A stretch of 64,000 nt of DNA from an uncultured Saprospiraceae bacterium (GTDB lineage: Bacteria; Bacteroidota; Bacteroidia; Chitinophagales; Saprospiraceae). The position numbers and the translations under genes are program-made. The notes under the pieces were generated by a model. It ran no database searches and was not told the origin of the DNA. It saw only the letters and a list, made by a program, of their open reading frames with translations. Positions 55,367-64,000 of this stretch are shown piece after piece. The DNA lies in NCBI GenBank assembly GCA_937918905.1, contig CAKZSH010000028.1, positions 59,139 through 123,138 on the forward strand, in the 5' to 3' direction. Position 1 is the stretch's first letter; each line of letters starts with the position of its first letter.

Positions 55367-55768
55367 ATGAAAATTACTTTAGAAACTAATAATTCATTGA
55401 ATCAATACATCGCAAAAAATGAGGATGGACATGAAGTTCACCTTAGCGGTGATGGAACAGCTGCAGGGCCAATGCAAACCATTTTGATGGCAGTAGCAGG
55501 ATGTAGTACCATTGATATTGTTATGATTTTGGAAAAAATGAGACAAAAAGTAACTGACGTAAAAGTGGATGTGGACGGAACTCGCAGAGAGGAGATTCCA
55601 AGAGTGTACACCAAAATCCATATGCATTATAAAATATATGGCGAAGTAAAAGAAAATAAAGCAGAACAAGCGGTGGCTTTGTCTTTGGAGAAATATTGTT
55701 CTGTTTCTAAAATGTTGGAAAAAGCTGCGGAAATTACGAGTAGTTTTGAAGTGATAAAAACAACGTAA
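55367..55768 (+). CDS. OsmC/Ohr-family protein (YhfA-like)
   Basis: GPMQTILMAVAGCSTIDIV and LEKYCSVSKML carry the two conserved Cys regions. The gene starts 2 nt after the upstream stop. Confidence 0.8.
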   Translation: MKITLETNNSLNQYIAKNEDGHEVHLSGDGTAAGPMQTILMAVAGCSTIDIVMILEKMRQKVTDVKVDVDGTRREEIPRVYTKIHMHYKIYGEVKENKAEQAVALSLEKYCSVSKMLEKAAEITSSFEVIKTT

Positions 55769-56075
55769 TTTTAAAAGGAACGATTCGAAGATAAAAATAG
55801 ATGATTCATCTATAATTTATAACTATTCGTTTCATTTGTACCTGTTTTTCCAACAAAAAATCAGACATTTACGGAGTTATTGATATTAAAAAATATGAAG
55901 TCCTATTGAAGACGTTGAAGCCAGAAAAGTTGAGATAAATATTACGAACTGTAAACTTTAATTTTAATTTAGCCGTTTTAAAAATTGGAACATTTTTTTG
56001 AACAACTTTTATTTTGAGAAAAACTGCATCTGCAATTACTTACTCCTATTTCATAAAAATCAGAACACCACACAA

Positions 56076-58649
56076 ATGGAATTTTATTTAAAAAAACCAA
56101 AGTGGATGGTATCCCTTTGTTTTTTACTGTTTTTAAGTCTTTCCCAAAGTTATGCTCAAAGTTTAACCAAGGTTAAAGGAAAAGTAATTGATGCAAATAC
56201 CAAAGAAGTCTTACCTTTTGTAAATATTGGTTTTGTTGGAACAACCGTTGGGACCACCACAGATTTTGATGGTTACTACGAAATTGAATCTCAATGGATG
56301 AGTGACCAAATTGTGGTATCGTATGTTGGATACCAATCTGATACGGTCAAAATTGAATTAGGGAAAAGACAAATCATTGACTTTGAGTTAAAGAGTGCCT
56401 CCACTCAACTTGGCGAAATTGTAATTAAAGCGAAAAAAAGAAGATACCGTAGGAGAGGGAATCCTGCTGTTTCTTTCGTAAAAAAAGCAATTGCTAATAA
56501 AGATAAAAACCGCCTCGAAAGCCAAGACTATTATCAATATAATAAGTATGAAAAAATTGAATTAGACCTCAATAATATTACAGACAAATTTCGAGATCGT
56601 AAGATGTTTAATCGGTTTCAATTTATTTTTGAAAATGTCGATACTTCGGATATTAATGGAAAACCATACCTTCCTGTTTATCTTCAAGAAACTAATTCGA
56701 GGGTTTATTATCGAAAAAATCCAAGCACAGATAGAGAGTTTAGAGATGCAGTAAAGATTTCCAATTTCGAACAATTGGTGGATGACAATACGGTTTCCCA
56801 ATTGATGGATATGATTTATCAAGAGGTCGATATTTACAAAAATAACATTGATGTTGCAGGGGTACAATTTGTAAGTCCTCTGTCGAAAACTGCTCCCTTT
56901 TTCTATCAATTTTATATTAATGATTCTACGGTGGTCAATGATGTGAAATGCATTGATCTCGCTTTCCAACCTGCCAATAAGCAGAACTTTGGATTTAAGG
57001 GAAATTTATTTATTTCCTTGGATTCCAATTACACGGTAGTGAAAGTAGATATGGGAATCACGGATCAAATTAATTTGAATTGGATTAGTGATATGCGAGT
57101 TTCTCAAGAGTTTAAAAAATCTGGCGACGTATGGATTGTGGCTAAGGATAATTTGATTCTTGATTTTCAATTAACTAAAAAAGGGTTTGGATTTTTTGGG
57201 AGAAAAACAATAGAACATACGGATCATGTTTTTAACCAACCTCCCGATAAAAAAATATGGGCAGGAGTAAATAAAAAGGTGGACTCGGAAGATCTTTTTG
57301 AAAAAGATGAATCTTATTGGAATAAAAATCGTCCTTCCGAATTGACTGAAAAAGAAGCAGCTATTTATAAAACGGTGGACACGCTGCAACAGATTCCCGC
57401 TTTTAGAAATACATTGAACCTCATCAATTTTGTATCAACTGGTTATATTCCAGTAGGCCCTATTGATATTGGACCAGCCAACGGATTTTATGGATTTAAC
57501 CAAGTAGAAGGTCGTAGAGTTAGATTTGGAGGTGAAACGAATATGAAGTTTTCTAAGAAACTTAGATTGCAAGGACAATTACTTTATGCATTTGGAGATC
57601 AGAAATGGAAGTATTCAACTCAGGCTTTGTATTCCTTTAACGATGATTTTAATGAAAATCCAAGACATTATATTTCTTTTCGACATCAACATGATACTAA
57701 TTTTCCAGGGCAGAATTTAGAGTTTATCAATGAAGATAATTTCTTGCTTTCCTTTAAAAGAGGGGTATTTGACAAGATGATTTTTTTCACTTCCAGCAGA
57801 TTGGAATATCAACGAGAAACAGATAGTAATTTTTCTTATCAATTTAGTTTTGAAAAAAGAAGAGAACGTCCTATCGGATCTTTGTTTTTTAAATTTAAAG
57901 AGAACGAGGTTGAAAAATCATTAGCAGAAGTAAACATCACTGAGGCAGGGGTTAGACTACGGTGGGCACCCAATGAACAATTTTTGCAAGGTCGAACTTA
58001 TAGAACGAACTTGTTTAATAAGTATCCTATTTTTACTTTAAACTACCAATATGGAATTCCTGAATTCCTAGATAGTGATTATGATTATCATAAGGTGACT
58101 TTAAATATTTTCAAAAAATTTCGTTTCTCATTTTTAGGAATGGCTCATGTTTATTTGGAAGGAGGAAAAGTATTTGGTGACGTTCCATTCAATCTAATGT
58201 TTTTACCGAGAGCAAATCAAACTTTTTCTTACCAAACATTTTCATATAATTTGATGAACTTTTTGGAGTTTGTAAGTGATGAATATGTGAGTTTAAATGT
58301 GTTGTATTTTATGAATGGTTACCTCTTGAACAAAATGCCTTTGATTAGGAAATTAAAATTAAGAGAGGTCTTTACTTTTAAAATGTTGTACGGAGGTGTA
58401 ACGGATAGAAACAATCCGAATTTAGATCCAGGGTTAATTCAATTTCCAACTGATCTGGAAGGGAACATTACGACTTTTACTTTGGAAGATAAACCCTACC
58501 TTGAAGGTAGTGTAGGTATCGCTAATATTTTTAAAATACTTTCTTTGGATTTAGTAAAAAGATTTAACTATTTAGATAATCCAAATGTCCCTGAATTATT
58601 TGGTGTGAGAGGTTTAGGAATTAGATTTAGGATGGGATTGGAATTTTAA
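56076..58649 (+). CDS. DUF5686 plus carboxypeptidase-regulatory-like domain outer-membrane protein
   Basis: Signal peptide from the ATG at 56076. GKVIDANTKEVLPFVNIGFVGTTVGTTTDFDGYYEI (CarbopepD_reg) is followed by a long beta-rich region ending GLEF. Confidence 0.7.
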   Translation: MEFYLKKPKWMVSLCFLLFLSLSQSYAQSLTKVKGKVIDANTKEVLPFVNIGFVGTTVGTTTDFDGYYEIESQWMSDQIVVSYVGYQSDTVKIELGKRQIIDFELKSASTQLGEIVIKAKKRRYRRRGNPAVSFVKKAIANKDKNRLESQDYYQYNKYEKIELDLNNITDKFRDRKMFNRFQFIFENVDTSDINGKPYLPVYLQETNSRVYYRKNPSTDREFRDAVKISNFEQLVDDNTVSQLMDMIYQEVDIYKNNIDVAGVQFVSPLSKTAPFFYQFYINDSTVVNDVKCIDLAFQPANKQNFGFKGNLFISLDSNYTVVKVDMGITDQINLNWISDMRVSQEFKKSGDVWIVAKDNLILDFQLTKKGFGFFGRKTIEHTDHVFNQPPDKKIWAGVNKKVDSEDLFEKDESYWNKNRPSELTEKEAAIYKTVDTLQQIPAFRNTLNLINFVSTGYIPVGPIDIGPANGFYGFNQVEGRRVRFGGETNMKFSKKLRLQGQLLYAFGDQKWKYSTQALYSFNDDFNENPRHYISFRHQHDTNFPGQNLEFINEDNFLLSFKRGVFDKMIFFTSSRLEYQRETDSNFSYQFSFEKRRERPIGSLFFKFKENEVEKSLAEVNITEAGVRLRWAPNEQFLQGRTYRTNLFNKYPIFTLNYQYGIPEFLDSDYDYHKVTLNIFKKFRFSFLGMAHVYLEGGKVFGDVPFNLMFLPRANQTFSYQTFSYNLMNFLEFVSDEYVSLNVLYFMNGYLLNKMPLIRKLKLREVFTFKMLYGGVTDRNNPNLDPGLIQFPTDLEGNITTFTLEDKPYLEGSVGIANIFKILSLDLVKRFNYLDNPNVPELFGVRGLGIRFRMGLEF

Positions 58650-58673
58650 TTTAACTACTTGATTTTATAAAAA

Positions 58674-58716
58674 ATAGAGCCACTTAAATTTTGTTTTAAG
58701 TGGCTCTATTTTTTTG
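58674..58716 (+). terminator. Strong intrinsic terminator
   Basis: Perfect 15-bp stem atagagccacttaaa / tttaagtggctctat followed by T6. Confidence 0.85.
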
Positions 58717-58764
58717 TTGTAATGCAAAACATTACCTTCGCTTTTTTGAAATTAACGTCTATTT

Positions 58765-59478
58765 ATGAGTAACATAAGATTAGCATCTACCATTTTGCTA
58801 GCAAGAGATTACAATGGAGAATTGGAAGTTTTGTTATTAAAAAGAAATAAGGCATTGGCTTTTGCAGGTGGCTTGTGGGTTTTCCCAGGTGGTAAAATTG
58901 AACCTGAAGAACTAGCAGCTAGCGAAGACGAACTAGCTGCTGCAAAACTAGCTGCAGTTCGAGAAACGAAGGAAGAGGCTGATTTAGACATTGATATAGA
59001 TGGTCTTATTTTTTTTAGACATTGGACAACTCCAGTTATTGAACCTCGAAGGTACGCCACCTATTTTTTCTTTGGTGGAGTAAATGATGTTTCTACAAAA
59101 GTTACAGTAGATGATAGTGAAATTAAAAAACACCTTTGGGTCAATCCGCAAAAAGCAATCGATAAATTGAAAGAAGGTGGATTAGCAATGATGCCACCTA
59201 CATTGATGAGTTTGCAATTGATAAGTAAATGTAAATCAGTCAAAGAAGTTGAACAACTATTGAGTCAAGCGGAACCCATTTTTATTCTACCTACTTTACA
59301 AATGAACGATGGTAAAATGGTTTGCATGTACAAAGGGGATGCGGGTTATCCTACCGCAAGTCCAAATACGATTGGAGCAAGACATCGTTTGGTTTTAGAT
59401 TTTAAAACTGGCGATTTTACTTTTGAATATAATGGTTGTGATGAGGTGTTACCTGTGAATGGTGGGATGCATATATGA
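58765..59478 (+). CDS. NUDIX hydrolase
   Basis: Nudix box GGKIEPEE...AAVRETKEEADL, with an insertion between the G and RE parts. Confidence 0.8.
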   Translation: MSNIRLASTILLARDYNGELEVLLLKRNKALAFAGGLWVFPGGKIEPEELAASEDELAAAKLAAVRETKEEADLDIDIDGLIFFRHWTTPVIEPRRYATYFFFGGVNDVSTKVTVDDSEIKKHLWVNPQKAIDKLKEGGLAMMPPTLMSLQLISKCKSVKEVEQLLSQAEPIFILPTLQMNDGKMVCMYKGDAGYPTASPNTIGARHRLVLDFKTGDFTFEYNGCDEVLPVNGGMHI

Positions 59479-59745
59479 AAAGTTGATTAGTTAATTATGT
59501 GCTTCGCTATTAGTTAATTAGGTTATCGTAAGTTTTAAAATTTTGTTACAAATGCGAATCAATGCATCAACAGTATTCGACAATCATAAAAATCATAATT
59601 ATCATATAATCAATCCGTGTTAAAATAATTTTGATTTGGATTTTTTAACGCGGATTGATTATAATAACTGTGATTTTTATGATTGTCCTTAATTCGTAGT
59701 TCTAGACCTAATCAACTATTTAACTGATTCACTAATCAACTTTTG
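59478..59745. repeat. Nested double hairpin; the left arm overlaps the stop codon
   Basis: Outer arms: aaaagttgattagttaat...tattagttaattaggt pairs with acctaatcaactatttaactgattcactaatcaactttt. Inner arms: gacaatcataaaaatcataattatcatataatcaatccgtgttaaaa pairs with ttttaacgcggattgattataataactgtgatttttatgattgtc. Confidence 0.85.
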
Positions 59746-59783
59746 AAAATTGCTGATTAGTTACTAAAAATAAAAAACAAAGA

Positions 59784-60755
59784 ATGCCAATTGAACCTTT
59801 TCGAATAGAAATCCCCTTAGGAATTATGTTTCAAACTGTGAATTGTTACCTCATTCCAGGAGAGCAATTGACACTCATTGATTGTGGTTTGTATAGTGAA
59901 GAGAATTGGGATTTGTTTCAAAAAAAAATAAACGACTTAGGCTACCAAGTTAAAGATATTGAGCAGGTAATAATTACTCATGAGCATAGTGATCACATCG
60001 GATTACTACCTGAAATAATGGCGCATAGTAATGCCATTGTAAGAGCACCTAAAGTTATCGAAGGATGGTTTTCCCAACCTACTGAAATGAAAAAGCGACA
60101 AGGTGATTTTAATAAAAAAATATTCAGTACTGTTGGTTTTCCACAGAAGATTTATAATCAAGTCTTACAGTTTGTAGAAATGACAAAACTAGGGAGACAG
60201 ATTCAAGAAATGGATCGAATCCATTTTTACGAAGCAGGCGATTTTCTACGAATTGGAAATACAGAATGGGAGATTTTAAATACACCTGGACATAGTTTGA
60301 CGCAATATGTTTTTTTGCAAAAACAAGAAAAACGAATTTTTGGAAGTGATATGTTATTGCCTATCGCCCCCATGCCGATTCTTATGGAAAACCCCAATAA
60401 AAAAGACGAGCCTGTTCAGCCACTCATTGATTTACTTCATTCTTTCGAACGACTAAAAAAATATAATATTCAAACTGTTTACCCCGGTCATGGGGAAACT
60501 TTTCAGGATGCTAATCAGATGATTGACAAACAATTAGCACGTATTCAAATGCGAAAAGAAGAATGTTATGAAGCTATAAAAAATGGACTTATTTCTCCTT
60601 ATCAAATTAATCGAAAAATGTACCCTTATCAATTTATTCCACCAGATTTTAGTGGCATGTATATGATTTTAGGATACCTTGATTTATTACAAAATGAAGG
60701 TCGTATTTTAAAATCTCATGATAAAAATGGAAGTATGGTATTTAGTATAAAGTGA
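59784..60755 (+). CDS. MBL-fold metallo-hydrolase
   Basis: THEHSDHIG (HxHxDH), a later TPGHS and a PGHG motif. Confidence 0.85.
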   Translation: MPIEPFRIEIPLGIMFQTVNCYLIPGEQLTLIDCGLYSEENWDLFQKKINDLGYQVKDIEQVIITHEHSDHIGLLPEIMAHSNAIVRAPKVIEGWFSQPTEMKKRQGDFNKKIFSTVGFPQKIYNQVLQFVEMTKLGRQIQEMDRIHFYEAGDFLRIGNTEWEILNTPGHSLTQYVFLQKQEKRIFGSDMLLPIAPMPILMENPNKKDEPVQPLIDLLHSFERLKKYNIQTVYPGHGETFQDANQMIDKQLARIQMRKEECYEAIKNGLISPYQINRKMYPYQFIPPDFSGMYMILGYLDLLQNEGRILKSHDKNGSMVFSIK

Positions 60756-60811
60756 TTTTTTAGGAATGGTTTTATGAGATTTAAGATTTGCTGTACCTAT
60801 TCAGCATTGGC

Positions 60812-60915
60812 TGTATACGAGTCAAGGTCTGACTTTTTAAGTCAGGCTTTGACTTATGTTGATGTTCTTATAAGTCAAGGCTTGACTTGAAAAGTCAAAC
60901 CTTGACTTGTGTATA
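60812..60915. repeat. Copy D of the AAGTCAR-N3-YTGACTT element (shortest, 104 bp)
   Basis: Termini tgtatacgagtcaaggtctgactt and aagtcaaaccttgacttgtgtata, with four palindromic units. Confidence 0.85.
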
Positions 60916-61070
60916 GCGATCGTCGGATGTAAATCCGACTCTCTCGGACCTTTGCAAAACAAATTATTCGAAATAACTCAATAACCCAATAACTCATTAA
61001 CCAATTTCAAGATTTAATTTTTTTCAAAATTATACCCATCTTTTCCACTCTTTTATCGTATAATAGCTCT

Positions 61071-62018
61071 ATGAAAATTACTAAAGCCATCATAACTGCA
61101 GCAGCACGAGGAGGTCGCCTATATCCAGTAGGCGATACTGTGCAAAAAGCAATGTTACCACTTGCCGATGTGGACGGAGTTCACAAACCAATTATCCAAA
61201 TTATTGCTGAAGAAGCCTTTGCATCAGGTATTGAAGAAATCTGTTTGATCGTAGCACCAGGTGACGAAAAACGATATGTGGAAGCTTTTACAACCTTGAA
61301 AAATAATTTGACCCATTCGTATGGAAGTGTGGATTGGGCAAAAGGTCAAGCAGAAAAAATCACTAATCTTTTGGATAGATTACAGTTTGTAGTTCAAGAA
61401 GAAATGCTTGGATTTGGACATGCTGTGATGTGCGGTCAAAAGTTTGTAGGAGATGATGCATTTTTATTGTTATTGGGAGATCATCTTTATCGATCGGGTT
61501 TGGACGAAATGAATTGTGCCTCTCAATTAGTGGATTTAGCCAAAAAGGAAACTTGTTCCGTTTCGGCAGTCAATGCTACTAACGAGCACCTCATTGGTCA
61601 TTATGGAACGTTAACTGGGAAACATGTGAACACTTATAATGGAGTGTATGAAATAGAAAAAATTATTGAAAAGCCATCCATCAGTCAGGCGGAATTGGAA
61701 CTTCAAACGGCTGGGATGCGAGTAGGTCATTATCTTTGTTTTTTTGGGATGCATGTCCTTGAAGCACCTATTTTTTCTTTTCTCGAACAACAAATGAAAA
61801 AAAATAAAAAAGGAACTGATCTTCAGTTAACTCCTGCATTGCAACAATTGGCTCAGCATCAAAAATATTTAGCAAAAGAGGTCACAGGAAGGAGATTCAA
61901 TTTAGGAACTCGTTTTGGTTGGTTGGAAGCTCAACTTGCATTTGGTCAGGATGGGCCTTATAGTGAAGAATTGTTGTCGAGTATCATTGAACAATTAGCA
62001 TTTAAAAAAATAAAATAA
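61071..62018 (+). CDS. Sugar-1-phosphate nucleotidyltransferase (UTP-glucose-1-phosphate uridylyltransferase-like)
   Basis: N-terminal AIITAAARGGRLYPVGDTVQKAMLPL resembles the GalU G-x-G-T-R-x-L-P / K-x-M-L-P signature. LLLGDH is also present. Confidence 0.65.
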   Translation: MKITKAIITAAARGGRLYPVGDTVQKAMLPLADVDGVHKPIIQIIAEEAFASGIEEICLIVAPGDEKRYVEAFTTLKNNLTHSYGSVDWAKGQAEKITNLLDRLQFVVQEEMLGFGHAVMCGQKFVGDDAFLLLLGDHLYRSGLDEMNCASQLVDLAKKETCSVSAVNATNEHLIGHYGTLTGKHVNTYNGVYEIEKIIEKPSISQAELELQTAGMRVGHYLCFFGMHVLEAPIFSFLEQQMKKNKKGTDLQLTPALQQLAQHQKYLAKEVTGRRFNLGTRFGWLEAQLAFGQDGPYSEELLSSIIEQLAFKKIK

Positions 62019-62038
62019 AGAATAGGATTCAAAATTAT

Positions 62039-62211
62039 GGATAAATGATGTTGAGAAAAATATTTTTTTGAGATTCCACCCCCCCAACCCCCGCCAGCGG
62101 GGGAGAATGAACGTGTTTCTATCGCGTTAAAAGGACGCGTACTATCTCCCCCGCTGGCGGGGGTTGGGGGGTGGAATCTCAAAAAAATATTTTTCTCAAC
62201 ATCATTTATCC
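62039..62211. repeat. Near-perfect ~67-bp-stem hairpin with an extremely GC-rich core (C7AAC5GCCAGCG5)
   Basis: ggataaatgatgttgagaaaaatatttttttgagattccacccccccaacccccgccagcgggggaga pairs with its reverse complement at 62145-62211, with one C/G indel. The loop is 38 nt. Confidence 0.95.
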
Positions 62212-62230
62212 TTAATCAAAATAAATCAAC

Positions 62231-64000
62231 TTGAATATATTTATAGAAACCATAACTAGTTCTAATCCTAAATTTCGAGATAGATCTTTCTTTGATTTAT
62301 GCAAAGGAAAATCTGTAAATGTATTGTTAAAGGATTTAAAAGAATTAGAAGATTTTCGAAAAAGTACGGAGAATTTATATGAACGAGTTCGTGCATGTTT
62401 GTTTTTGCATGGTGCGTATCGGTATTTTTTACAACAACATCCTAAGCTTCCAGATACTGGAATTATTCCCTACGAAGGTTATATCCATTTGTTGAATCGA
62501 AGATTTGAAGAAGCGATTAGTCATTTTCATATAGCACAAAAAAAAGATGGCCCAAGTGGTACATTGATGAGTGCCTTATCGGAAGCCTATCACCAGCGTA
62601 GTTTTCAAATTTTGGCAGATCAAGTTCGACGAAGTGTAAGAGCAAGTGTTGGAAATCAATGGATGTTCAGAGGTGGTTTTGCAGAACAACATCCCATTCA
62701 TATTCATCCACAATTATTGAAGAGGGAAGAAGGATCTACTTTATTCCCAATCTTGGAAGAGCAAACTGCTGTTCGAATGGATTTGACTCATAGTGGATGG
62801 TCGGACATTTTCTTTCTAGGAATGGATTATCCGAAAGGAGCAAGGGTGCTCAATGTTTCGATTAATCTTGGCGTGTACGGTAGAGATAAAAGTATTCGAC
62901 CCCCAATTCAAACTTATGTCAGAGTGATAACGGAACCACTCATTCGATTGACAAGTGTGGATTTAGGTACGACAAAAGACATTACTGATCTTGATGATTT
63001 ATTTAATTTTGGAAATGATTATTTAGGACTAGTAAAAGCAGGAGTCATTGCTTCGGGTTGTATCACTCCTGCCTTTGAAGGAACGCAACAATCTTTAGCA
63101 GAAATACTCAGTCGAATTGTTGCACCAGGGATGGGCTTGGAAGTGGTAACAATGGTCAATGATATTCCCAAAGGTTCCCGATTTGCAGTTTCGACCAACT
63201 TGTTAGGATCGATAATTAGTGCTTTGATGAGAGCCACTCAGCAAACTAAAAACCTTGCAGGAGCATTGTTAGAATCAGAAAGAAGACTAGTTGCTTCTCG
63301 TGCTATCCTTGGCGAGTGGATTGGAGGATCTGGCGGAGGGTGGCAAGATTCGGGTGGAGTGTGGCCTGGAGTCAAAGCCATTGAGGGAGCTTTTGCTCAA
63401 GAGGGAGATCCTGAATTCGGAATTAGTAATGGATGTTTATTGCCTCGTCATAGAGTTTTAAAAGGAGAAGATCTACATCCTGAATTTGCGGAGCGATTGA
63501 CAAAATCCTTGGTTTTAATGCATGGTGGAATGGCTCAGAATGTTGGCCCTATTTTAGAAATGGTGACTGAAAAATATTTATATCGTTCAGGTGAAGAATG
63601 GAAAGCAAGACATGCAACAACAAAAATCTACGATCAAATTTTAGTAGCTTTAAAAAATGGAGACATTCCGAAATTGGCCAAATTGACTTCTAAAAATTTT
63701 GATTATCCGATCAAGACGATCATCCCTTGGGCATCTACACATTTTACAGAAGTCATTATTAAAAAAGCAAAAAGCAGATTTAAAAAAGACTATTTAGGAT
63801 TTATGATGTTGGGTGGAATGTCAGGAGGAGGAATGGGAATGTACGTCAAACCTCAACGATATGAAAAACGCAAGCAAGGCGTTTTAGATATTTTAAGAGA
63901 AACAAAATCAGAACTTTCATCTGCATTGCCATTTGCAATGGAACCAGTCGTTTACAATTTTGAAATAAATAACAAAGGTAGTTTTAGCAAAATACAAAAG
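62231..64000 (+). CDS. GHMP-kinase-superfamily protein, fucokinase-like, with ~300-aa N-terminal region of unknown function; the 3' end lies outside the window
   Basis: The frame is open from the stop at 62222 to the window end and is not in the ORF track. The TTG at 62231 is the first start. Degenerate GHMP motif DIPKGSRFAVSTNLLGSIISAL and GGSGGGWQDSGG (fucokinase-type GGGWQD). Confidence 0.65.
   Translation, partial: MNIFIETITSSNPKFRDRSFFDLCKGKSVNVLLKDLKELEDFRKSTENLYERVRACLFLHGAYRYFLQQHPKLPDTGIIPYEGYIHLLNRRFEEAISHFHIAQKKDGPSGTLMSALSEAYHQRSFQILADQVRRSVRASVGNQWMFRGGFAEQHPIHIHPQLLKREEGSTLFPILEEQTAVRMDLTHSGWSDIFFLGMDYPKGARVLNVSINLGVYGRDKSIRPPIQTYVRVITEPLIRLTSVDLGTTKDITDLDDLFNFGNDYLGLVKAGVIASGCITPAFEGTQQSLAEILSRIVAPGMGLEVVTMVNDIPKGSRFAVSTNLLGSIISALMRATQQTKNLAGALLESERRLVASRAILGEWIGGSGGGWQDSGGVWPGVKAIEGAFAQEGDPEFGISNGCLLPRHRVLKGEDLHPEFAERLTKSLVLMHGGMAQNVGPILEMVTEKYLYRSGEEWKARHATTKIYDQILVALKNGDIPKLAKLTSKNFDYPIKTIIPWASTHFTEVIIKKAKSRFKKDYLGFMMLGGMSGGGMGMYVKPQRYEKRKQGVLDILRETKSELSSALPFAMEPVVYNFEINNKGSFSKIQK

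Noticed and set aside
61958-62182. ORF 61958-62182 (-), with a Gly/Pro/Trp-rich product
   Set aside because: It is translated from the poly-G/poly-C hairpin core, so it is an artefact of the inverted repeat.

Overview
AT-rich chromosomal segment that looks like phylum Bacteroidota. Supporting signs are a short-form RpoD, T9SS-type C-terminal sorting tails, CarbopepD_reg-type outer-membrane barrels, an ECF sigma plus DUF4252 cluster, and TAnnTTTG -7 boxes. The coding content is mostly housekeeping or envelope related: folD, prmA, a metX plus sulfhydrylase operon, msrB, rpoD, long-form gap, acyltransferases, an MFS transporter, DoxX, FKBP, OsmC, NUDIX and MBL. I found no tRNA or rRNA genes, CRISPR array, transposase, integrase, phage genes or recognisable defence operon. 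I cannot demonstrate a coherent new protein-coding system here.

The most unusual signal is non-coding. By my manual count, roughly two dozen of the ~40 gene junctions are almost entirely filled by long hairpins with 20-80 bp stems. Most are locus-specific, and they often start within 0-6 nt of a stop codon. Their arms are built from tandem ~7-nt words.

On top of this there are two dispersed repeat families. One is built from AAGTCAR-N3-YTGACTT palindromic units bounded by TGTACACGAG ends (4 copies). The other is a GTAACCGCCAAAT...ATTTGGCGGTTAC double-hairpin family (5 copies).

Protein-level oddities:
- a membrane-anchored protein with dozens of EVIKEVPVEV repeats and a C-terminal helix-hairpin-helix module
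- a solitary dynamin-like GTPase bracketed by two copies of the same repeat
- a split nucleotidyltransferase plus fucokinase-like GHMP kinase pair
- three tandem 4-TM paralogs with a conserved LDDDFNF tail
- a small YD-repeat protein translationally coupled to a GT2
- a secreted nuclease coupled to a PLP enzyme

All coordinates and complementarity checks were done by eye. Functional calls rest on remembered family motifs, not on searches.
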